DNA of 64,000 bases from Clostridia bacterium (GCA_017505785.1 JAFVOQ010000034.1:14093-78092); one strand, 5' to 3'; shown: positions 34,812-44,483, numbered from the stretch's first letter. Notes: a model not told the origin generated them from the sequence alone. Translations and numbers: made by a program.

Positions 34812-36677
34812 ATGACAAATATATGTTGGAGAAAGATTCGAAAAATAGTCGCGTTTGTGTTTGCGGATCTTGCTTTTTTGCTGCTTTCGCTATTTCTGGC
34901 ACGCGTACTGTTTACCAACAGCTTAGACGGTGTTTTCAAGAATGGCTTCAGTGTCTTGGGTGCTGCGGTGCTGACCTTGCCCATATTTGCACTGTGCGGT
35001 TTTTACAACATGTCCCTTAGAAATGCGGGATTTGAGGAAATGCTGCGCATTTGCCTTGGCGTGCTGGTGGCAATGCTTCCGAACATACTCTTTAATCACT
35101 TAATCGCCGGATTTCGTGTGCGCGAGGTCGTGCTTGCGTTTGTGTTTCTTTTTGATCTGATCTGCATATCGCGCTACTGGTCACGCTTTTCAAACGCATG
35201 GCGGCACCGTTTCATCGGAAGAAAAGAGCGAATCCCCGTTATGGTCATAGGCGGCGGTGATGCCGGCACCACGATCATTCGAGAAATGAAGACCTCTGAT
35301 AAGATCGCATATGTACCGCTTTGTATTATTGACGATGACCCACAAAAGGTCAACACGCGAATTTGTAACGTGCCTGTTGTGGGAAATCGAAACGATATTG
35401 AACAAGCGGTTCAAAAGTATGGCGTTGAGCAGATATTTATTGTAATTCCTTCGGCCCACAGACAGGCGATCAGTGAGATCTGTGAGATCTGTGCCCGCAC
35501 CAAGTGCCGCGTGCGTATTTTGCCCGGAATGCATGAGATGATCGACGGCACGGCAATCACGCACCTGATGCGAGATGTGAGCATTGACGATCTTCTCGGT
35601 CGTGAACCGATCAGCATAAACACGCGCGAGGTTTTCGGTTATATCGAGGGCAAAAACATTTTGGTTACGGGCGGTGGCGGTTCGATCGGCAGTGAGCTGT
35701 GCCGACAGATCGCGGCGCACAATCCCGCCTCGCTCACCATTTTTGATATCTATGAAAATAACGCTTATGATATTGAAATGGAGCTGCGGCGCAATTTCCC
35801 GTATCTTAATCTCAAGGTGCTGATCGGCAGCGTGCGCGAGGCAAGGCGTGTGAACGATGTCTTTGACATGGTACATCCGCATATCGTATTCCATGCGGCG
35901 GCGCACAAGCATGTGCCTCTTATGGAAACCAGCCCTGCTGAGGCTGTTAAAAACAATGTGTTTGGCACATATAATGTGGCTAAGGCAGCGAACGATTTCG
36001 GCGCAGAACGCTTCGTTATGATCTCTACTGATAAGGCTGTCAATCCCACCAATGTCATGGGTGCCACAAAGCGTATTTGCGAAATGATCGTGCAGAATTT
36101 TGCCCAGCATTCCGAGAAAACCGATTACGTTGCGGTTCGCTTCGGCAACGTGCTCGGCAGTAACGGCAGTGTGATCCCGCTGTTTAAGCGCCAAATCGCC
36201 GAGGGCGGTCCTGTCACGGTGACGCATAAGGATATTATCCGTTATTTTATGACGATCCCCGAAGCCGTTTCGCTTGTGCTGCAAGCCGGGGCATATGCTA
36301 CGGGCGGTGAGATCTTTGTGCTTGATATGGGTGAGCCGGTGCGAATCGTATCGCTTGCCGAAAATCTGATCCGCCTTTCGGGCTATACACCCTATGAGGA
36401 TATTCAAATTACCTTTACGGGCTTGCGCCAGGGAGAGAAGCTTTTTGAGGAGCTTCTCTTAAACGAAGAGGGGATGCGGAAGACCCCCAACAAGAAAATT
36501 TATATTGGCAACCCCATTCATGTGGACGGCGCACTGCTTGATCACACCCTTGATCAAATGAAAGCTGCCACTGCAACGAATGATAATGCAACGCTGCTTG
36601 CGCTGATCAAGGAGTTGGTTCCTACCTACCGTGCCGATAAGCGAACCAATGCGGCAATCTCTAAAAACAAGGAGTAA
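34812..36677 (+). CDS. Polysaccharide biosynthesis protein CapD/PglF-like (membrane-anchored NDP-sugar 4,6-dehydratase)
   Basis: About four N-terminal TM helices, then two Rossmann regions (VMVIGGGDAG; VTGGGGSIGSEL) and an SDR-type catalytic region. Confidence 0.85.
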   Translation: MTNICWRKIRKIVAFVFADLAFLLLSLFLARVLFTNSLDGVFKNGFSVLGAAVLTLPIFALCGFYNMSLRNAGFEEMLRICLGVLVAMLPNILFNHLIAGFRVREVVLAFVFLFDLICISRYWSRFSNAWRHRFIGRKERIPVMVIGGGDAGTTIIREMKTSDKIAYVPLCIIDDDPQKVNTRICNVPVVGNRNDIEQAVQKYGVEQIFIVIPSAHRQAISEICEICARTKCRVRILPGMHEMIDGTAITHLMRDVSIDDLLGREPISINTREVFGYIEGKNILVTGGGGSIGSELCRQIAAHNPASLTIFDIYENNAYDIEMELRRNFPYLNLKVLIGSVREARRVNDVFDMVHPHIVFHAAAHKHVPLMETSPAEAVKNNVFGTYNVAKAANDFGAERFVMISTDKAVNPTNVMGATKRICEMIVQNFAQHSEKTDYVAVRFGNVLGSNGSVIPLFKRQIAEGGPVTVTHKDIIRYFMTIPEAVSLVLQAGAYATGGEIFVLDMGEPVRIVSLAENLIRLSGYTPYEDIQITFTGLRQGEKLFEELLLNEEGMRKTPNKKIYIGNPIHVDGALLDHTLDQMKAATATNDNATLLALIKELVPTYRADKRTNAAISKNKE

Positions 36678-36680
36678 ATT

Positions 36681-38186
36681 ATGAACGAACAAGCAAAAAC
36701 AAATGAAATAACCCTAAGCTTTTTGGTAGCAGTTCTGAGAAAACGCTTGCTCCCACTGCTCCTTGCTCTTGTTGTGGGTGCTGCGGGCGCGTTCGCCTTC
36801 ACAAAGCTGTTTATTGATCCCATGTATTCTTCCACTGCTGAATTTTCGGTGGAAAACACCTCAAATAAGGATGGTGCGATGAACAGCAGCTATCAGGCAG
36901 GTGCTGCCCAGTTTGCCGCAAACTATGCAAACGAGGTAAAGGGAAACGTATACCTCAGCCAAATTTTAAAGGCGTATAATGAGCAATACGGCAAGGAGCT
37001 TACATTAAAGCAGCTTTCAAAAAAGATTTCCAGCTCCTCTAAGAGCAGCTTGCCTGTATTTACGGTAAAGGTGTCATCCACCGACCGTCAAGAGGCGTAT
37101 GATATTTTACATGTTATAGAGAACATGACCCCCGATCTTTTGCTCAATGACAGTACTAGAGCATATGTTAACGTTAAACTGATCGAATACGGCTCCTTGG
37201 CGGAAACTGCCGATTCTCCCAACACCTTGCTCAATACGGCAATCGGCGCTATACTTGCGGTTGTTTTTGTGTATGCGCTGTTCTTTTTCAAGGCATTCCT
37301 TGATAAGACCGTATATGATGAAGAAATACTCAAAAACACATGCCAGCTTCCCGTAGTGGGTCAGATCCCGCGCTGGAGCGCAAGAGGCGGCGAAGAGATC
37401 AAAAAACACAACGCGCAAGCCCTGGATGCGCCAAATGCGGCTGCGCACATTCAGAGAAATTATGATCATCGCCTGCTTGCCAAGGAAACGCCGTTCTCTA
37501 TTTCCGAATCCTTTAAAACCATGCGTACCAATCTTATGTATGTAGCTTTGGAGGACAATCGTTGCCCTGTGTTTGCCGTCACCTCGGGCTTTGCCGGGGC
37601 GGGCAAGAGCCTTGTGATTGCCAATATGGCAATCAGCTTTGCGCAGCTCGGCAAAAAGGTGCTTTTGATCGACGGTGATATGCGTTGCCCTGTGCAGCAC
37701 AAGGTATTTGATCTGTCCGCAGAGCTTCACGGGCTTTCCGAGGCATTGGCGGGCATTGACGAAGATCCGCTTGAGGCCTGTGTTGTAAAGAATGCATACG
37801 AGTCGCTTGACGTGATGGTGTGCGGTCATATTCCGCCCAATCCCTCCGAGCTGCTGGCTTCTGTCAGAATGCAGTCCTTGATCGACATGGCAAAGGAAAA
37901 ATACGATTATGTGTTTATGGATCTGCCTCCGTTGCTTGAAACTGCTGATGCGGGCGTTTTGACCTCACTGGTATCGAGCTACATTGTCGTGACGCGCGCG
38001 GGGTATTCTAAGATCGATGCTGTATCCGAGGTGATCAATAAACTCTTGGCAACCCGTGCCAATATTGCGGGCTTTGTGCTCAATGATGTAAATGCCAAGG
38101 GCGCATTCGGTTATTATTCTCATTACGGCAATTACAGCAAATACGGTAAATATGTGCACCGTGCTGAAAACGGATCCAACAAGTAA
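36681..38186 (+). CDS. Fused Wzz-type chain-length modulator / BY-family tyrosine autokinase
   Basis: The N-terminal Wzz region has two TM helices. The C-terminal kinase has Walker A SGFAGAGKS, Walker A' LLIDGDMRCP, Walker B FMDLPP and a terminal Tyr cluster GYYSHYGNYSKYGKY. Confidence 0.85.
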   Translation: MNEQAKTNEITLSFLVAVLRKRLLPLLLALVVGAAGAFAFTKLFIDPMYSSTAEFSVENTSNKDGAMNSSYQAGAAQFAANYANEVKGNVYLSQILKAYNEQYGKELTLKQLSKKISSSSKSSLPVFTVKVSSTDRQEAYDILHVIENMTPDLLLNDSTRAYVNVKLIEYGSLAETADSPNTLLNTAIGAILAVVFVYALFFFKAFLDKTVYDEEILKNTCQLPVVGQIPRWSARGGEEIKKHNAQALDAPNAAAHIQRNYDHRLLAKETPFSISESFKTMRTNLMYVALEDNRCPVFAVTSGFAGAGKSLVIANMAISFAQLGKKVLLIDGDMRCPVQHKVFDLSAELHGLSEALAGIDEDPLEACVVKNAYESLDVMVCGHIPPNPSELLASVRMQSLIDMAKEKYDYVFMDLPPLLETADAGVLTSLVSSYIVVTRAGYSKIDAVSEVINKLLATRANIAGFVLNDVNAKGAFGYYSHYGNYSKYGKYVHRAENGSNK

Positions 38187-38214
38187 GCGTTTTGACTGCC
38201 GAAGGAAATAGATA

Positions 38215-39564
38215 ATGAAATCTGTCATACAAAAATACGGTGCAGAGATATATCGCCTGGCGCTCTGTCTTGCAGCGTTCTTTACGGCAGTACGCACAGG
38301 GGGCGATACCGAAAGGATCGCCCCTATTGCGGTAGTGCTTGTTTGCGTGCTCTGCGTTGGCTTATTGGTTCTTAAAAGTGCCAAGTATCTCACGCTATTA
38401 TTTTTGCAGCTTACCTTGCTGCTGATCTTTTGCTACGATTCCTTTTCTGTTTTTGTTCAATATGCTTGGCTTTTGCCCGTTGTGCTTGTCGGCATGGCGG
38501 TGTATTTGATCCGCAAAAAACCGCGTTTTTCTTTAGGGGCGTCGGTTTTGCCGCTTATAGCGGTCAGCGTGGCAACACTGCTTGGCGGCGTTGGCATGAT
38601 ATCCGCCTCCGATTATTTTCGACCGGCCTCACTTGTGTTTATGGCAGGGCTTGGTCCGGGGCTCGTTCTTTCCTATTGGATCATGAAGAGTGAGCTGAAA
38701 ACGGGGGCAGACCGCGAGGCGTTTATGCGCGATCTTTTGTGTTGGGGCATGACTGCCGCCGCCATTGTTTTTTGGTACATGGTGCCGCGTGTGATAGAAG
38801 CGCGGGCGATCTTTGGCTATGAGGTGCCTCAATGGAGCAACAATATCGCTACCATGCTGATGATCGCTTTGCCTGCTGCGTTTGCGCAGAAGAGAAGGGG
38901 ATTTGAGCACTATATTTTGAGTTTTCTTATGTTTGCTGCTACCATGCTGGTGGGATCTCGCGGTGGACAGGTGTTTGTGGGAATAGAGCTGATTATTTGC
39001 TGCTTTTGGGCATTTCTCACGGAGAAGGGTCGCGTTAAAAAGTGGTGTAGCTGTGCCTGCCTTATCCTTGTTTGCGTGGTGGCGGTCGGTTTGCTAAACG
39101 AGCTTTATCAGAATTCGGTTATAGTGGATTTCGCAAACAGAAGCGAGGTGCGCTGGAAGCTGCTTGCGCGCGGCTTTGAGGATTTTTCTAAAAATCCGCT
39201 TTTTGGCAGTGGCTTTGGATATCGCGGTAACGGGGACCTGTTTAATGGCAAGCAGGGAACGATCAATTGGTATCACATTTTTATAGCACAGGTCGTAGGC
39301 GGCCTTGGGATTGTGGGCATTTTGGCGTGGAGCTACCAGCTTTATACGCGTGCTTGCCTGTCCTTGCGTGTGTGGCGTACAACCGACTTTGGCTTCGCGC
39401 TTTGCTATCTTGGATTACTTCTCATGTCCATGGTAAATCCGGGTGAATTTTGCCCCGTTCCCTATGCTTTTTTGGCAGTCTGCTTCTTTGTGGCAATTGA
39501 AAACCGCATTGAGGAGGAAGGATCCTTGCCATTGGGAAGGCTTTATATGCCGTGGCGCAAATAG
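38215..39564 (+). CDS. O-antigen ligase/polymerase (Wzy_C) family membrane protein
   Basis: About 10-12 TM helices with a central loop carrying LVGSRGGQ, typical of the O-antigen ligase family. Confidence 0.7.
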   Translation: MKSVIQKYGAEIYRLALCLAAFFTAVRTGGDTERIAPIAVVLVCVLCVGLLVLKSAKYLTLLFLQLTLLLIFCYDSFSVFVQYAWLLPVVLVGMAVYLIRKKPRFSLGASVLPLIAVSVATLLGGVGMISASDYFRPASLVFMAGLGPGLVLSYWIMKSELKTGADREAFMRDLLCWGMTAAAIVFWYMVPRVIEARAIFGYEVPQWSNNIATMLMIALPAAFAQKRRGFEHYILSFLMFAATMLVGSRGGQVFVGIELIICCFWAFLTEKGRVKKWCSCACLILVCVVAVGLLNELYQNSVIVDFANRSEVRWKLLARGFEDFSKNPLFGSGFGYRGNGDLFNGKQGTINWYHIFIAQVVGGLGIVGILAWSYQLYTRACLSLRVWRTTDFGFALCYLGLLLMSMVNPGEFCPVPYAFLAVCFFVAIENRIEEEGSLPLGRLYMPWRK

Positions 39565-39565
39565 A

Positions 39566-39603
39566 AAACGGCTCAAATGCAGAGGCATTTGAGCCGTTTT
39601 TTT
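39566..39603. terminator. Bidirectional terminator between the Wzy-like gene and spoVT
   Basis: AAACGGCTCAAATGC / GCATTTGAGCCGTTT 15-bp stem flanked by A and T runs. Confidence 0.8.
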
Positions 39604-40156
39604 ATGATTCCAGCTGCTTGCCGAGAAATCCTGCGGCTGTTTGAATAAGCTTGCTTTCCACATCGGAGGCAGGCATAAATTTGTCGTTTTTGTCACCCGT
39701 TGTAAGGGATACGACACAGCCAACAATATCACCTTCTGCAAGAATCGGCATCGCACAGCTGACGGTATGACTTCCGCCCTCAGCTATTGCGGGAATGCGC
39801 TCCATGCCGTCACGCCATACATACATAGTGCGTCCTTCAATAATCTTTTCAAGTCCTTCGGATACCGATTTTTCTCCGTATTCCTTGCGCGGCACACCCG
39901 CTGTTGCAATAATGGCATCTCTGTCGCAGATCACGACCGAAAGGGCACAGGTTTTGTGCAGCGTTTCCGCATATTCTCCCGCAAATGCGGCAAGCTCTCC
40001 AATGGGTGAATATTTTTTAAAAATGACCTCACCCTCGCGGTCGGTATAAATTTCAAGGGGGTCGCCCTCGCGAATACGCATGGTGCGTCTTATTTCTTTT
40101 GGGATCACGACGCGGCCGAGGTCATCGATGCGTCTGACGATTCCTGTTGCTTTCAT
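39602..40156 (-). CDS. spoVT: Stage V sporulation protein T (AbrB-family regulator)
   Basis: N-terminus MKATGIVRRIDDLGRVVIPKEIRRTMRIREGDPLEI (SpoVT/AbrB swapped-hairpin) plus a GAF-like C-terminal domain. 184 aa. Confidence 0.9.
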   Translation of the reverse strand: MKATGIVRRIDDLGRVVIPKEIRRTMRIREGDPLEIYTDREGEVIFKKYSPIGELAAFAGEYAETLHKTCALSVVICDRDAIIATAGVPRKEYGEKSVSEGLEKIIEGRTMYVWRDGMERIPAIAEGGSHTVSCAMPILAEGDIVGCVVSLTTGDKNDKFMPASDVESKLIQTAAGFLGKQLES

Positions 40157-40281
40157 ATATATAAAATTCTCCTTGCTTTACAGATTTGTACTGTTAGTAT
40201 TTGCAAAAGAAGCAAGTTTATACTTTTATTTCTGTCATTGTGAAAATCGGAGGAAACATCTTTACTTTTAATATTTGAATG

Positions 40282-40590
40282 TGATATAATAAAACCACGC
40301 ATGCGCCGCACCCGCTATATTCGCGGGCACCTCGGCGCGAATTAAGGTAGGTTTTGTTGATCATAATTTCTTTTGATTTTATGCTGTTTTCTCGGACGAT
40401 TGCCGTGAAAACAGCAAGAGGTAGAAATTATGATATAATAAAACCACGCATGCGCCGCACCCGCTATATTCGCGGGCACCTCGGCGCGAATTAAAGTAGG
40501 TTTTATTGATCATAATTCTTTCCGATTTTATATCGCCACTCGCGCCCGTCGGCTCTCGCGGCGATTCTAAGGTAAGAATTATGATATAAT
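40282..40590 (+). repeat. Tandem structured repeat (2 full units plus 1 truncated) upstream of the GntP permease; candidate cis-regulatory RNA
   Basis: The 87-nt cores at 40282-40368 and 40431-40517 differ at 2 positions. Periods are 149 and 151 nt. Each core is followed by a 12-bp stem with compensatory differences. Each unit begins with TGATATAAT. Confidence 0.8.
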
Positions 40591-40621
40591 AAATTCAATA
40601 TGTTACACGGAGGGCTTTTTA

Positions 40622-41962
40622 GTGGTCATCTCGTTAATCGGAATTTTTTTGGGACTTGCGTTGCTGATCTACCTTGCCTATAAGGGATGCTCGATCATTT
40701 GGGTCGCGCCGGTTTGCGCGGCACTGGTTGCGCTTATGGGCGGGCTTAATGTGCTTGATACTTATCTTGGTGAATATATGTCGGGTACGGCAAGTTATAT
40801 TATTTCTTGGTTCCCCGCCTTCTTTCTTGGTGCTATTTACGGTAAGATCATGGATCTCACCGGCTCGGCGCGCTCTCTTGCCAATAAATTGGTTTCTATC
40901 ATCGGGCTTCGATATGCGCTTCTCGCCGTTATCCTACCCTGTATCTTGATGACCTATGGCGGCATTTCCTGCTTTGTCGTGGTGTTTGTACTGTATCCGA
41001 TGGGGCTTGCTATTTACCGAGAGGCAAATCTTCCGCGCACTCTTTTGCCTGCGGCAATTGCGTTTGGGTCTTTTGGCATTACGATGATTTGTCTGCCCGG
41101 TTCGCCGCAGATTCAAAACATTATCCCCACAAGCTATTACGGTACCACCGCGACAGCCGGTCCTCTTATGGGTCTGCTCGCCGCCTTGCTGATCGGTGTG
41201 CCGGGGTACTTTTATCTTCAATGGCGCATATCCTGCGCGAGAAAACAGGGACTTGGCTTTGTGGAGGATGAGAAGCACGCCGAAAAGGGTGAGGCACGTG
41301 AGCAACCGAAATGGCATTGGCTTTGCGGCCTTGTCCCTCTTATCGTGGTCGTGCTGATCCTCAACGTCCTGCCCCCTATTCTCAAAAGCTTCGGCATTGC
41401 AGACCTCAATTCCAACCAGGCGATCATCATTGCGCTTCTTGGCGGTATTGCCGTCACGTGCTTGATGAATCTGCATCAGCTAAAAGAGGTGCTGCCTGCC
41501 TTTAACGCCGGTGCCAACGGATCGCTTGCGGCGATCATGAACACATCTTGTGCTGTTGGATTCGGTGCAGTTTTGAAGATCGTACCCGGCTTTGAGGTCC
41601 TCAAAAATGCCATGCTCAATATGCCGGGCTCGATTCTCTTTTCGGAGGCGGTTGCTGTCAACGTCCTGTCGGGTGCAACAGGCTCGGGATCGGGCGGTAT
41701 GTCGATCGCGCTCGAAACGCTCGGTCCGGTCTATCTTTCCAAGGCGACTGAGCTCGGGATGAATCCCGAGTGGCTGCACCGTATTGCCTCTATTGCCTCG
41801 GGCGGTCTTGGCACGCTCCCTCATAACGGCGCCGTGATCACCCTGCTTGCCGTGTGTAACTGCAAGCACAAGGAGTCGTATGCCGACATCGGTGTGACCT
41901 GTTGCCTCATCCCTACCGTGGTATCCTTGCTTTTGGCGCTGGTGTTTGGATTGTTTGTTTAA
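40622..41962 (+). CDS. GntP family (ion transporter superfamily) permease
   Basis: GTG start 7 nt after GGAGGG. 446-aa polytopic membrane protein with a GntP-like N-terminus and length. Substrate is unknown. Confidence 0.8.
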   Translation: MVISLIGIFLGLALLIYLAYKGCSIIWVAPVCAALVALMGGLNVLDTYLGEYMSGTASYIISWFPAFFLGAIYGKIMDLTGSARSLANKLVSIIGLRYALLAVILPCILMTYGGISCFVVVFVLYPMGLAIYREANLPRTLLPAAIAFGSFGITMICLPGSPQIQNIIPTSYYGTTATAGPLMGLLAALLIGVPGYFYLQWRISCARKQGLGFVEDEKHAEKGEAREQPKWHWLCGLVPLIVVVLILNVLPPILKSFGIADLNSNQAIIIALLGGIAVTCLMNLHQLKEVLPAFNAGANGSLAAIMNTSCAVGFGAVLKIVPGFEVLKNAMLNMPGSILFSEAVAVNVLSGATGSGSGGMSIALETLGPVYLSKATELGMNPEWLHRIASIASGGLGTLPHNGAVITLLAVCNCKHKESYADIGVTCCLIPTVVSLLLALVFGLFV

Positions 41963-41970
41963 AATACATA

Positions 41971-42001
41971 AAGCGGAGTGAGTTTCACTCCGCTTTTTTT
42001 G
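41971..42001 (+). terminator. Rho-independent terminator after the GntP permease
   Basis: AAGCGGAGTGA / TCACTCCGCTT stem followed by T8. Confidence 0.85.
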
Positions 42002-42033
42002 TGTGTCACATTGTATATTTTTTATCAAAGACC

Positions 42034-42062
42034 TTGACATAAAAAAAGCAAAGGTATATAAT
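42034..42062 (+). promoter_or_regulatory. Sigma-A type promoter of serC-serA
   Basis: TTGACA, 17-nt spacer, TATAAT. Confidence 0.65.
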
Positions 42063-42116
42063 AAAAGTTAATCTATATTTATGGAAAGCAAAGATGCTTT
42101 CGGCTTTTGGAGGCTT

Positions 42117-43211
42117 ATGATGAACAGAGTGTTTAATTTTTCTGCAGGACCTTCCATGCTCCCCCTGCCCGTGCTTGAAAAGGCAGCGGCAGAGCTGATT
42201 GTTTACGGTGATTCCGGCATGTCCGTTATGGAGATGTCGCATCGTTCGCCCGATTATGAAGCAATTATTGCGGATGCCGAGGCAATGCTTCGCAAGCTGA
42301 TGAACATCCCCGATAACTATAAGGTGCTCTTTTTGCAGGGCGGCGCTTCTACCCAATTTGCGGCAGTTCCCCTGAACCTCATCGGCCGCACCGGTAAGGC
42401 TGACTACGTGGTTTCGGGTCAGTTCTCCGGCAAGGCGTTTAAGGAAGCACAAAAAATGGGCTATGACGTTGTTTGCACTGCTACCAGCAAGGAGGATAAC
42501 TTCGATCACATTCCCGCCCTTACGCGTGAGATGTTCCGTCCCGATGCCGCTTACGTACATATCTGCTATAACAACACCATTTATGGCACGAAGTATGCTG
42601 ACATTCCCGACACGGGCGATATTCCGCTTGTTGCCGATATGTCCTCCTGCATTCTTTCCGAGCCTGTTGACGTAAGCCGCTTTGGCGTGATCTATGCAGG
42701 TGCGCAGAAAAACATGGCACCCGCAGGTCTTACGATCGTTATTGTGCGCGAGGATCTGCTTGAGTATGCCGATCCCAAAATGCCCACCATGCTGGAGTGG
42801 AAGACCATGGCAGAGAACGGCTCGATGTACAACACGCCCCCTTGCTACACCATTTACGTAGCAAAGCTGGTTTGCGAGTGGCTGCTCTCTCTTGGCGGCC
42901 TTTCGGAAATGAAGAAGTACAACGAAAAGAAGGCTGCTGTTCTTTATAACTATCTTGACAGCCAAAGCTACTATATCGCTCCTGTGAAGAAGGAGAGCCG
43001 TTCGATGATGAACGTCACCTTTGTTACGGGTGATGCCGAGCTTGACAAGAAATTTGCCAAGGAGGCAGCTGCCGCAGGCTTGAAGAATCTCAAGGGTCAC
43101 CGTTCGGTTGGCGGCATGCGTGCTTCTATTTATAACGCAATGCCCAGCGAGGGTGTTGATAAGCTGGTAGCGTTTATGAAGGATTTTGCTGCTGCCAATC
43201 CCAAGGCTTGA
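42117..43211 (+). CDS. serC: Phosphoserine aminotransferase
   Basis: N-terminus MNRVFNFSAGPSMLP and full-length SerC-like sequence. Start is ATG 42117 or 42120, after GGAGG. Confidence 0.95.
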   Translation: MMNRVFNFSAGPSMLPLPVLEKAAAELIVYGDSGMSVMEMSHRSPDYEAIIADAEAMLRKLMNIPDNYKVLFLQGGASTQFAAVPLNLIGRTGKADYVVSGQFSGKAFKEAQKMGYDVVCTATSKEDNFDHIPALTREMFRPDAAYVHICYNNTIYGTKYADIPDTGDIPLVADMSSCILSEPVDVSRFGVIYAGAQKNMAPAGLTIVIVREDLLEYADPKMPTMLEWKTMAENGSMYNTPPCYTIYVAKLVCEWLLSLGGLSEMKKYNEKKAAVLYNYLDSQSYYIAPVKKESRSMMNVTFVTGDAELDKKFAKEAAAAGLKNLKGHRSVGGMRASIYNAMPSEGVDKLVAFMKDFAAANPKA

Positions 43212-43225
43212 AAGGAAGCAATCAG

Positions 43226-44395
43226 ATGAATAACATTCTTTTACTTAACAAAATTGCGAAGGTGGGCACAGAGCGTCTTGACCCCACCGTATATCAGTGC
43301 GGCACCGATGTCAGCGCACCTGTCGGTATCATGGTTCGCTCTGCCAAGCTTCATGATATGACCTTTAATTCTGAACTGCTTGCCATTGCACGTGCGGGTG
43401 CAGGTGTGAATAACATTCCCGTTGCACGCTGCGCCGAGGAGGGCATTGTGGTATTTAACACCCCCGGTGCCAATGCAAACGGCGTAAAGGAGCTTGCGAT
43501 CTGCGCATTGCTTCTTGCTTCTCGCGATGTGGTAGGCGGTATCAATTGGGCGCGCTCGCTTGCGGGCACTGCTGACGTTGCCAAGCAGGTTGAGGCAGGC
43601 AAGGCACAGTTTGGCGGTACTGAGATCAAGGGCAAAACGCTTGGCGTCATTGGCCTTGGTGCCATTGGCGGCTTGGTGGCAAACGTTGCCGTAAAGCTTG
43701 GCATGAAGGTTGTAGGCTGTGACCCTTACCTTTCTGTTGCGGGTGCATGGAATCTTGATCATCATATCGAAAAAGCCAACACGTATGAGGAGGTTTATCA
43801 GAAAGCCGATTACCTCACGCTTCACGTGCCTGCCACGGAAACCACAACGGGCATGATCAACGCTCAAACGATCGCGCAGATGAAGAAGGGCGTAAAGATC
43901 ATTAACCTCGCACGTGCAGAGCTCGTCAATGCTGCCGATCTTGCCGCAGCTATGGCAAGCGGTGCGGTTTCCGCATATGTAACCGATTTCCCGACTGAGG
44001 AAACGGTTGCCATTCCCGGTGCTATCGTGATCCCGCATCTTGGCGGCTCTACGGAGGAATCCGAGGAAAACTGCGCGGTAATGGCTGCAGATGAGCTTGA
44101 TGAGTACATCCGTTACGGCAATATCCGCAACAGTGTAAACTATCCTGCCGCATCCATGCCTGTTTCTGCCACGGTGCGCGTTTGTGTGCTGCATGCCAAC
44201 ATTCCTGCCGTGCTTGCAAACGTATCCGCAGTTATGGCAAAGGACGGCATTAATATCGAAAACATGCTCAACAAATCCAAGGGCGACAATGCTTATACCA
44301 TTCTTGAGGTAAACGGTGAGGTAACTGAGCAGGCGGAGAAGGATATTCTTGCGCTTGACGGTGTGCGCCGTGTAAGAACCATTCGCTTTTCATAA
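43226..44395 (+). CDS. serA: D-3-phosphoglycerate dehydrogenase (with C-terminal ACT-like domain)
   Basis: 2-hydroxyacid dehydrogenase fold with NAD motif GVIGLGAIGG. The C-terminal ~70 aa are ACT-like. Adjacent to serC. Confidence 0.9.
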   Translation: MNNILLLNKIAKVGTERLDPTVYQCGTDVSAPVGIMVRSAKLHDMTFNSELLAIARAGAGVNNIPVARCAEEGIVVFNTPGANANGVKELAICALLLASRDVVGGINWARSLAGTADVAKQVEAGKAQFGGTEIKGKTLGVIGLGAIGGLVANVAVKLGMKVVGCDPYLSVAGAWNLDHHIEKANTYEEVYQKADYLTLHVPATETTTGMINAQTIAQMKKGVKIINLARAELVNAADLAAAMASGAVSAYVTDFPTEETVAIPGAIVIPHLGGSTEESEENCAVMAADELDEYIRYGNIRNSVNYPAASMPVSATVRVCVLHANIPAVLANVSAVMAKDGINIENMLNKSKGDNAYTILEVNGEVTEQAEKDILALDGVRRVRTIRFS

Positions 44396-44440
44396 TAAAA
44401 AGAAGGGCTGATTCATTTTTGCCCGTAAAAACACAAGAAA

Positions 44441-44483
44441 AACCGCTTTTTTCATCGGCAAACGGTGGAGAAAGCGGTTTTTT
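44441..44483 (+). terminator. Terminator after serA
   Basis: AAACCGCTTT ... AAAGCGGTTT stem followed by a T run. Confidence 0.65.

Noticed and set aside
40301-40345. A 14-codon mini-ORF, MRRTRYIRGHLGAN, present identically in both repeat units; considered as a possible Arg-rich leader peptide.
   Set aside because: There is no Shine-Dalgarno sequence upstream (ataaaaccacgcATG). The ORF coincides exactly with the GC-rich helices, so conservation is better explained by RNA structure. It is kept only as a note in the main finding.
40282-40590. The tandem repeat considered as a CRISPR array or as a self-cleaving ribozyme (HDV-like, twister, hammerhead) array.
   Set aside because: The repeats are 87 nt long with only ~2 copies, and there are no cas genes, so this is not CRISPR. 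It lacks the CUGAUGA/GAAA hammerhead core. It has only 2 nt where the HDV P2 strand should lie, and I could not place the twister conserved nucleotides. No ribozyme class can be supported from sequence alone.
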